Source: an uncultured Elusimicrobia bacterium (GTDB lineage: Bacteria; Elusimicrobiota; Elusimicrobia; UBA1565; UBA9628). Taken from it: 64,000 nt of DNA. A program made the translations under genes and the position numbers. Positions 57,366-64,000 of the stretch are shown piece after piece (position 1 is the stretch's first letter; each line of letters begins with the position of its first letter). Below the pieces are notes generated by a model. The model was not told where the DNA came from. It searched no databases and worked only from the letters and a program-made list of their open reading frames with translations. Location of the stretch: NCBI GenBank assembly GCA_903830945.1, contig CAIKVT010000025.1, positions 7,816 through 71,815 of the forward strand, given 5' to 3'.

Positions 57366-60084
57366 GGAGCTCGAGGAATTGGTTCTTGAATTGGACACGG
57401 CAAGAATCCTTTTTGCAGAAGAAGAAGAAGAAGAAGAAGAAGCCCGAATCGTCATCTCCATAAAAGACATCACCACGCGCAAACAAGCGGAAGAAGTGTT
57501 GCGCTTATTCAAGGATTCGGTGGAACATTCCTCCGACGCCGTCGGCATGTCAACGCCCGAAGGGAAGCATTATTATCAAAATGAAGCTTTCGAACGCTTG
57601 TTCGGCGATATTGGAGATTGTCCACCCGCGGCCATATATGTTGACCAAACGACCGGAAAACGAGTCTTCGACACGATCATGGCCGGAGAAAAGTGGCAGG
57701 GCGAAGTGCAAATGTTCAAGAAAGACAGGACGATCCTGGATATCCTCCTGAGAGCCTACCCCATCCAGGGCAAGGACGGCCGCATCATCGGACTCGTCGG
57801 CCTGCATACCGACATCACCGCGCGCAAACGAACGGAGGACGCCCTGCGGGAGAGCGAGGAAAAGCACCGCCTCCTGATCGAAAACAGCCACGACATCATC
57901 TATATGCTCACCGTGGATGGGGCGTTCACTTTCGTCTCCCCTGCCTGGACCGCGCTTCTGGGGCACCCGACAACCGAGGTTGTCGGACAGTCCTTCCAGA
58001 AATTCGTCCATCCGGATGATATCCCGGCTTGTCTGGTATGGCTGCAAAAAGTGGTCAAGACGGGAGAGCGGCAAGAGGGCGTCGAGTACCGCGTGCGGCA
58101 CATCGATGGGAAGTGGCGCTGGCACACATCAAGCGCTGTTCCACTTAGGGATGAAGCCGGCACGGTGGTTGGTTTCGAGGGCACGGCCAGAGACATCACC
58201 AAACGCAAGTTGGCGGAGTATGCGTTACAGGAGAGCGAGGGGCGCTTGCGCGAAGTGCTGGAAAATTCCCTGGACGCATCTTACAAACGCAATTTACGAA
58301 CCAATGAGTATGATTATTTCAGCCCCGTTTTTGCCCTGCTTTCCGGCTATACCCCGGATGAGATGAAAACCTTGCCCACGGAAACCATTTTAAATTTCAT
58401 GCATCCCGAAGACCGGGCTGAAGTTGAACGCGTGATTGCCGCGTCTATGTCCGACTCTGCCGCCACGGCATATACCGTGGAATATCGTTTCAAGCATAAA
58501 GATGGCTATTATCGTTGGTTTCGGGATCGGTTCTCCGTCATGCGAGATGCGGCCGGAAATCTCCTGTCGCGCATCGGGAGCGTGAGCGACATCACCGAGA
58601 GCCATCAGACGGAGAGGATGCTGAAGGACATCATCGAAAAAAATCCAATGTCGATTCAAATCGTAGATGAGGAAGGTTTCACGCTTAAAACAAATCCCGC
58701 GCACACCTTGCTTTTCGGCGCCGTTCCCCCCGCGGACTTTTCGATTTTCGCAGATCTTTCGCATAGAAGCCAAGAATTAGAGAAATTGATCCTGCTTCTT
58801 AAAAAAGGCGAGGTTGTGAGCTTCCCCGATTCGCCTTACAATATACATGATGTTTTTCCTGAGTTCCCGGACAATCCTATCTGGGTGCATGTGATTGGTT
58901 TTCCCTTGAAAGGCGAAGGCAGCAGCCGCGGAAGATTCGTTTTTGTACATGAAAATATCACCGAACGCAAGCAGGTGGAGGCTGAAGTCTCATTTAAGAG
59001 TATGCTCCTGCAAGCCCAGTCGGAAACATCCATTGACGGCATATTGGCCGTGGACAACGAAGGTCATTCCCTTCTTTTCAATACACATTTTGGTGAAATG
59101 TGGAAGATCCCTCGTCAGGTCCTGGACGAGAAAGATGATAAAAGGATGTTGGAATGCGTTTCAAAACAGTTAAAGAATCCGGAGGAGTTCGGCCGCAAAG
59201 TCGCGTATCTTTATGAGCACAAAGATGAAAAAAGCCGGGACGAAATAGAATTCATAGATGGAAGATGCTTCGATAGATACTCCGCGCCTTTACTAGGCGT
59301 CGACGGAAAATTTAACGGCAGAATCTGGTATTTCCGCGACATCACCGAGCGCAAGGCGAGCGAGCAGCAATTGCGCGAGCGCACCGACGAGCTGACCCGC
59401 TTCACCTATGCCGTCTCGCACGACCTCAAAAGCCCGCTGGTGACCGTCAAGACATTCCTGGGCTATCTTGAGCAGGATATGAAATCGCAGAACGCCGACG
59501 GCGTGGCCAAGGACCTGGGATACATCCACGGGGCGACGGACAAAATGAGCCGCTTGCTCGATGAGCTGCTCAACCTCGCCCGCGTCGGCCGCATGATGAA
59601 TGCGCCGGTGCGGGTCTTGCTTCAGGATGTCGCGCAGGAGGCCCTGCGCCTGGCGGCGGGCCGCATCTCGGAGCGGGGCGTGGAGGTCGTGCTCGCCCAG
59701 GAGCCGGTCACCCTTTTCGGCGACCGAACGCGCCTGGTGGAAGTCTTTTTGAACCTGGTGGACAACGCGGTCAAGTTCATGGGCGAGCAGCCCCACCCGC
59801 GCGTGGAGATCGGCTTTAAGACGCAGGGCGAGGAGACGGTGTTTTTCGTGTGCGACAACGGCATCGGCATAGACCCGCGCCATGCGGACAAGCTCTTCGG
59901 CCTTTTCGAGAAACTCGATGCGAGCGCGGAGGGCACGGGTCTGGGCCTGGCCCTGGTGCGCCGGATCGTGGAAGCGCACGGCGGCAGGATCTGGATGGAA
60001 TCGGCCGGCCCAGGCAAGGGCGCGACTTTCCTCTTCACCCTGACAGGCGCCAAACCACCAGCAACCGAGGCGAATGCGTCATGA
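57352..60084 (+). CDS. Multi-PAS sensor histidine kinase (HisKA + HATPase_c)
   Basis: At least 5 PAS/PAC units are present (the linker DITxRK recurs: DITTRKQAEE, DITARKRTED, DITKRKLAEY, NITERKQVEA, DITERKASEQ). The H-box is FTYAVSHDLKSPL. The N, G1 and G2 boxes are NLVDNAVKF, DNGIGI and GTGLGLALVRRIVEAHGGRIWMES. Confidence 0.9.
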   Translation: METTEELEELVLELDTARILFAEEEEEEEEARIVISIKDITTRKQAEEVLRLFKDSVEHSSDAVGMSTPEGKHYYQNEAFERLFGDIGDCPPAAIYVDQTTGKRVFDTIMAGEKWQGEVQMFKKDRTILDILLRAYPIQGKDGRIIGLVGLHTDITARKRTEDALRESEEKHRLLIENSHDIIYMLTVDGAFTFVSPAWTALLGHPTTEVVGQSFQKFVHPDDIPACLVWLQKVVKTGERQEGVEYRVRHIDGKWRWHTSSAVPLRDEAGTVVGFEGTARDITKRKLAEYALQESEGRLREVLENSLDASYKRNLRTNEYDYFSPVFALLSGYTPDEMKTLPTETILNFMHPEDRAEVERVIAASMSDSAATAYTVEYRFKHKDGYYRWFRDRFSVMRDAAGNLLSRIGSVSDITESHQTERMLKDIIEKNPMSIQIVDEEGFTLKTNPAHTLLFGAVPPADFSIFADLSHRSQELEKLILLLKKGEVVSFPDSPYNIHDVFPEFPDNPIWVHVIGFPLKGEGSSRGRFVFVHENITERKQVEAEVSFKSMLLQAQSETSIDGILAVDNEGHSLLFNTHFGEMWKIPRQVLDEKDDKRMLECVSKQLKNPEEFGRKVAYLYEHKDEKSRDEIEFIDGRCFDRYSAPLLGVDGKFNGRIWYFRDITERKASEQQLRERTDELTRFTYAVSHDLKSPLVTVKTFLGYLEQDMKSQNADGVAKDLGYIHGATDKMSRLLDELLNLARVGRMMNAPVRVLLQDVAQEALRLAAGRISERGVEVVLAQEPVTLFGDRTRLVEVFLNLVDNAVKFMGEQPHPRVEIGFKTQGEETVFFVCDNGIGIDPRHADKLFGLFEKLDASAEGTGLGLALVRRIVEAHGGRIWMESAGPGKGATFLFTLTGAKPPATEANAS
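57418..57441 (+). repeat. (GAA)8 trinucleotide microsatellite encoding Glu8 near the N-terminus of the kinase
   Basis: Eight perfect consecutive GAA units are read directly from the sequence. Confidence 0.95.
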
Positions 60085-61601
60085 CCCAAGGTGGACATAT
60101 CAGCGTTCTGATCGCGGATGACGAGCCCGCGCATATCGAGGCCATCCGGCGCGTTTTTGAGGCAGCCGGTTCCCAGTTCGCGGTCAAGTCGGCCGCCACG
60201 CTGGGCGAATATCGGCAGCTCTCGGCTGCCGAGCCGCCTGACATCGCCCTTCTGGACTTGAATTTTTCTGACGGCTCTGCCGTGGAAGTGCTAAAAGCGC
60301 CTTTGGGCGCCAATTTATTTCCCATCCTGATCATGACCAGTCATGGCGACGAGAGCAAAGCCGTGCAAGCCATCAAGTTGGGAGCTCTCGATTATATCGT
60401 CAAGTCCCCCGAGACTTTTGCCGGCATGCCCCGCGCGGTCGAGCGTGCCCTACGCGAGTGGAGGCTTATTTTAGAGCGCGGCGCGGCGGAACGATCCTTG
60501 CGGGAGAGCGAGGAGCGGTACCGCGGTCTCTTCGACAAATCTCATGACGCCTTGATGACTTTGGAGCCTCCCTCCTGGAAATTCACATCGGGGAACCCAG
60601 CGGCGGTGGCTATGTTCGGGGCGAAAACCATCAGGGAATTTATTTCCTTCCAGCCCGGAGAACTCTCACCCGAACGCCAGCCTGACGGCCGCGCTTCATC
60701 CGAGAAGGCCCGTGAGATGATTGAAACGGCCATGCGTGAAGGATCCAGTTTTTTTGAGTGGATGCACAAGCGGATCAGCGGGGAAGATTTCCCCGCTACC
60801 GTGCTTCTGACCCGCACGGACGCTGCCGGCAAGCGCTTCCTCCAGGCGACGGTCAGGGATATCACTGAGCGCGACCAACTGCAGAAAAAACTGATGACCT
60901 CTGAGAAACTGGCGGTGATGGGCCGGCTCACAGCGGACGTGGCCCACGAGCTCAACAATCCCCTCGCCGTAGTCATTGGCGGCGCCCAGTTGCTGCTGGA
61001 CCGGTTCGACGCGCAAACGCCGGCGGCCGCTAAAAGCCAGGTCGAGACGGTGCTGCGGCATGCCAAGCGATGTAAGATGATTTTGGGCAGCCTTCTGGGA
61101 TACGGCCGGACCATCGGGGAAAAAGAGGAGATCATCAGCCTGTCCGATTTGATCCGGGAAGTCATTAAGGCCGTGGATTATCAGTATGACATGAGCGGCA
61201 TCGACATCGTGATGAGCCATGATCAGAAGGCTGATATGGAAATCGCCGGCAACAAGACCGCCCTGCTCTCCGTGTTCATTAATGTCATCCGCAACGCACG
61301 TCAAGCCATGGGTAAAAAGGGCCGCCTGGCGATCAGTATCGAAAAGGAAGACGAGCTCCAGCTGCGCGTCAAGATCAGCGACAGCGGCATCGGCATGAGC
61401 CACGAGCAGTTGTCGAAATTATTCCAGCCGTTCGCCTCCGGCTGGAAGGATGAGGCAGGCAGCGGAATTGGACTGGCCACCAGCCGCGGTCTTGTGGAAA
61501 CGCATGGCGGGAGCATGTTGGCGCAGAGCGATGGTCCGGGACAAGGAACTACTTTCACTATTTTCTTGCCGCACGCATTAAACAGGAGAACCTTGAAATG
61601 A
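60081..61601 (+). CDS. Hybrid receiver-PAS-histidine kinase
   Basis: The start at 60081 forms an ATGA overlap. The receiver reads ISVLIADDEPAHIEAI...PDIALLDLNFSDGSAVEVL...PILIMTSHGDE...DYIVKSP. A PAS domain follows. The H-box is VAHELNNPL. The kinase core has NVIRNARQA, DSGIGM and GSGIGLATSRGLVETHGGSM. Confidence 0.9.
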   Translation: MTQGGHISVLIADDEPAHIEAIRRVFEAAGSQFAVKSAATLGEYRQLSAAEPPDIALLDLNFSDGSAVEVLKAPLGANLFPILIMTSHGDESKAVQAIKLGALDYIVKSPETFAGMPRAVERALREWRLILERGAAERSLRESEERYRGLFDKSHDALMTLEPPSWKFTSGNPAAVAMFGAKTIREFISFQPGELSPERQPDGRASSEKAREMIETAMREGSSFFEWMHKRISGEDFPATVLLTRTDAAGKRFLQATVRDITERDQLQKKLMTSEKLAVMGRLTADVAHELNNPLAVVIGGAQLLLDRFDAQTPAAAKSQVETVLRHAKRCKMILGSLLGYGRTIGEKEEIISLSDLIREVIKAVDYQYDMSGIDIVMSHDQKADMEIAGNKTALLSVFINVIRNARQAMGKKGRLAISIEKEDELQLRVKISDSGIGMSHEQLSKLFQPFASGWKDEAGSGIGLATSRGLVETHGGSMLAQSDGPGQGTTFTIFLPHALNRRTLK

Positions 61602-61996
61602 ACGACCAACCTCTGCTTCGAAAAATCCTGGCCATTGACGATGAGCCTGGCATACTCGAGTTGATGAAGAATCTGCTCGGTCCGGAGAGCTATACAGTGC
61701 TCTGTGCGACCGGCGGTGCGGAAGGCGTACGCCTTAACACGCTTGAGAATCCCGATCTGATCATCCTAGACCTGCGCATGCCGGTGATGGGAGGCATTGA
61801 GACTCTGCGCCGGATCCGTAAAACCGACCGCGACGTCCGGGTCGTCATTCTCACCGGTTACGGCGATTCAGATTCGATCCGAGACGCGGCCGATCTCAAC
61901 GTCAGCGAGTATCTCAGCAAGCCTTTTGAAAACAGCCAATTGATCCACGTCATCAGCAACGTGTTCGAAAATCCGATCGGCGAGATAAAATGCTAG
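61598..61996 (+). CDS. Stand-alone response regulator (CheY-like receiver)
   Basis: KILAIDDEPGILELM...PDLIILDLRMPVMGGIETLRRIR...RVVILTGYGD...EYLSKPF. Confidence 0.9.
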   Translation: MNDQPLLRKILAIDDEPGILELMKNLLGPESYTVLCATGGAEGVRLNTLENPDLIILDLRMPVMGGIETLRRIRKTDRDVRVVILTGYGDSDSIRDAADLNVSEYLSKPFENSQLIHVISNVFENPIGEIKC

Positions 61997-62568
61997 AACT
62001 CAAAAAGCTTGTTTATGTCCCTATTCTGCACGCGCGAGAGGGGGCTGCCCCCAAAAAGGAGCCATCAGCTATTGATGAGATGTGGGACGGGATCGCCGCT
62101 AAAATCATGGGGCTGGCTCTGCCTTGGGATAAAACGCGCATCTATCAGGACGGGCTGCCTGTCTGCGGCGAGGAATTGAAAGTCGCCGAGCGGCTGGCCG
62201 AGAGCGGCAGCCGCAATCACCAGCTCATTTTAAAGCTCGTGGCTCAGGGGGCGCAACTGGAGGGGACGGAGAGCATGGAGCTGCTCCTGCGGGAACATGA
62301 TCTGCTCAATGTCCTTTTGATGAAACACTCAGGCGCGGAGCGGGCCGCGGCCATGGCGCAATATCAGGCGAAGAGCCGGGATCTTCTTAAAATGAGGGAT
62401 GGATTCATCTTCCACCGCATCAAAAGCGCGATTCTTCAGCAAGACCTGGTCCCCCTCGTCTTTATGGGAGTCATGCATCGCGTGGATAAGCTGCTCGAAA
62501 AAGACTTTCTGATTTCACATGTCATCTATCGTCTGCCGTTCAGCAGCGTGGAGGCGATCTACAACTAA
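61990..62568 (+). CDS. Uncharacterised conserved protein, paralog of 49555..50241
   Basis: See the shared sequence blocks listed for 49555..50241. It overlaps the upstream receiver gene by 7 nt. Confidence 0.55.
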   Translation: MLELKKLVYVPILHAREGAAPKKEPSAIDEMWDGIAAKIMGLALPWDKTRIYQDGLPVCGEELKVAERLAESGSRNHQLILKLVAQGAQLEGTESMELLLREHDLLNVLLMKHSGAERAAAMAQYQAKSRDLLKMRDGFIFHRIKSAILQQDLVPLVFMGVMHRVDKLLEKDFLISHVIYRLPFSSVEAIYN

Positions 62569-62569
62569 A

Positions 62570-63352
62570 ATGGAACGCCCGCGTCAAAAGCCTTCCCTGC
62601 TGCGCGCCAACCCCGTCCTGTTCTCGCCGATCTATCTTAACGTCGAAGGCGATTCCACGGAGAAGCTCCTCGCCCTTTACCGCTTCGCCCATCTTTTCTT
62701 CCCGCAGCTGGGCCCCGGCATCGTGCAGACGCTGCTGGATATGGAGCGGCACGGCGAGCGGCTTTCAGCGGGCCTTTCTGCGGAAGAGCGGCTCAAGCTG
62801 ATCGGCGAAATGAAGGGACTGAGCATGGATATCCAATACGCGCTCAAGGACGAAGGGAAAAAGATGCTTGAGCTTTCGGTGCACATCGTTCCCGGAGAAG
62901 TGCTGGAGCGGGCGCAGCAGGGAGCGGCCGACCTGAGCCAATACACGCAGCTGCGCGATGATATCGATAAGGTGATCGCCAAACTCATCGAGAAAGAAAT
63001 CCGCAAGCGCTTCACCGACAAGGTGGAAGGCTTCCTGCAGAAATTCATTAACAAGCCGGATGTCCCCTCATTCGTAAGCCAGCTGCTCAACATGGGTTGG
63101 ATCGATCATAAGGGGCGGCTGACGAAAGGGGCCACGATCGACGACCTGGTTTCGGGGAAATATCGCGCCAAGTTCGAAGAGCTGGCGCCGGAAGAATTGC
63201 TGCAGGAGAGCCTGCAGATCCGCGACACGATCAAGACCTGCTTTTCGGTTGGCGTTGATGATGCCGACTGCCTGCTTCAGGATGCCAAAAGGCGCCATGC
63301 CCTGCTTGAGATTACGATTAAAAGCGTTGAAAAAAAGGAGGACGCGTCATGA
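62570..63352 (+). CDS. Hypothetical helical protein (260 aa)
   Basis: The ATG at 62570 lies 1 nt after the upstream stop, and an ATGA overlap links it to the downstream receiver. No recognised domain. Confidence 0.5.
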   Translation: MERPRQKPSLLRANPVLFSPIYLNVEGDSTEKLLALYRFAHLFFPQLGPGIVQTLLDMERHGERLSAGLSAEERLKLIGEMKGLSMDIQYALKDEGKKMLELSVHIVPGEVLERAQQGAADLSQYTQLRDDIDKVIAKLIEKEIRKRFTDKVEGFLQKFINKPDVPSFVSQLLNMGWIDHKGRLTKGATIDDLVSGKYRAKFEELAPEELLQESLQIRDTIKTCFSVGVDDADCLLQDAKRRHALLEITIKSVEKKEDAS

Positions 63353-63810
63353 TTCAAGGCGAACCTATCACCATCCTGCACGTGGAAGACGACCCGGCGC
63401 ACGCGGAGATCGTGCGGCGCCACCTCAAGGACTTCTGCGTGGTCAACCGCATCATCCATGTCGGCGACGGCCAGGCGGCCTTGGACTATCTTTTCCGCCA
63501 GGGTGCCTACGCCGACTCCGCGGCCGTACCCCGGCCGCACCTCTTGCTCCTGGACCTGCGTCTGCCCAAGGTGGACGGCTTGGAAGTGCTGCGCCGTATC
63601 AAAGGGGATGCGGAGCTCAAAAAGATGCCGGTGGTCGTGCTCACGACTTCCGCCGTCGAGTCGGACGTGGTCAACGCCTATACCCGCGGCGCCGGGAGCT
63701 TCCTGGTCAAACCCGTCGATTTCGATAAATTCCAAGGCTTGATGAAAGCCTTCGGCTCCTATTGGCTGGCGTCGAACAGGTTCCCGGATAGAGGAGATTG
63801 CACCACATGA
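63349..63810 (+). CDS. Stand-alone response regulator (receiver only)
   Basis: ITILHVEDDPAHAEIVRRHL...PHLLLLDLRLPKVDGLEVLRRIK...PVVVLTTS...FLVKPVDF. Confidence 0.9.
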   Translation: MIQGEPITILHVEDDPAHAEIVRRHLKDFCVVNRIIHVGDGQAALDYLFRQGAYADSAAVPRPHLLLLDLRLPKVDGLEVLRRIKGDAELKKMPVVVLTTSAVESDVVNAYTRGAGSFLVKPVDFDKFQGLMKAFGSYWLASNRFPDRGDCTT

Positions 63811-64000
63811 AACGATCACCGGCACAACGGATGCGGGCCGCAATCCTGACCATTGGATTCTTGGCGTTTGCCTCAGCCGTTCATGCGGCCGAGCCTATCA
63901 CGGTCACGGTCAGCAAGATCAAGGGCCTCAACTTGCGCATCTACGGATTCGTGGCGACCGACTTCATCACGGACACGACCCAGGGTTTTACCGAGGAGCC
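63807..64000 (+). CDS. Secreted (probably outer-membrane/porin-like) protein; N-terminal fragment, continues beyond the window
   Basis: Signal peptide MKRSPAQRMRAAILTIGFLAFASAVHA-AEP, then beta-strand-like alternation LNLRIYGFVATDFITDT. An ATGA overlap links it to the upstream receiver. Confidence 0.5.
   Translation, partial: MKRSPAQRMRAAILTIGFLAFASAVHAAEPITVTVSKIKGLNLRIYGFVATDFITDTTQGFTEE

Noticed and set aside
1-64000. CRISPR arrays, rRNA genes, additional tRNAs and intact IS elements with terminal inverted repeats.
   Set aside because: Reading through the intergenic regions showed no regularly spaced direct repeats and no rRNA-like segments. Only one complete tRNA and one 39-nt tRNA fragment were found. 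The only transposase is frameshifted and truncated, with no identifiable ends.

Overview
This is a GC-rich bacterial chromosomal segment (GC judged by eye, not computed) with tightly packed genes. Many neighbouring genes overlap as ATGA or GTGA, which suggests translational coupling. No rRNA genes and no CRISPR arrays were seen.

Contents from left to right:
- **1-6.1 kb:** signalling and envelope genes. These are a receiver-MBL fusion, a UPF0104 membrane protein, a CheY-like receiver, and a Sel1-repeat plus CsgG-like lipoprotein pair.
- **6.2-20.3 kb:** a complete 14-subunit NADH:quinone oxidoreductase operon in the permuted order nuoJKLMN-ABCD-[inserted lower-GC lipoprotein ORF]-EFGHI.
- **20.3-22.2 kb:** a c-di-AMP pair, cdaA plus a DHH/DHHA1 phosphoesterase.
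- **22.4-24.3 kb, minus strand:** etfBA and tRNA-Tyr(GTA).
- **24.3-32.1 kb:** a roughly 7.8 kb island bounded by a 39-nt direct repeat of the 5' half of tRNA-Tyr. It carries a primase-polymerase(AEP)-SF2 helicase fusion with a small partner ORF, a sigma-70 region-2-only protein, a COG1373 ATPase, a decayed IS5/IS1182-type transposase and an orphan AbiEi-like gene. No integrase is visible.
- **32.8-36.4 kb:** Fic, a metallophosphoesterase and RecQ.
- **36.6-50.2 kb:** a roughly 13.6 kb, visibly lower-GC gas-vesicle (gvp) cluster. It contains gvpA, gvpN, five GvpF/L paralogs, gvpG, gvpO, gvpK and two GvpJ/S-type genes.
- **50.3-64 kb:** a sensory locus. It has a CheB-CheR-PAS fusion, a multi-PAS protein, a PAS histidine kinase, a hybrid receiver-kinase and two receivers. 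A gene fusing a sigma-54 DNA-binding domain to a GIY-YIG nuclease domain interrupts this locus.

The strongest candidate for something undescribed is a set of non-canonical genes inside the gvp cluster. They are an Hsp20, a Get3/ArsA-type ATPase with a CxxC motif, a Cdc48/VAT-type double-AAA unfoldase, and a GvpF/L protein fused to a J domain. The cluster also holds two repeat-bearing coiled-coil proteins and an AbrB-like regulator. Secondary candidates are the sigma-54-DBD/GIY-YIG gene, which appears to split a PAS kinase gene, the AEP-helicase island, and an uncharacterised two-copy protein family at 49555 and 61990.

All family assignments come from reading motifs in the translations. No database search was run.
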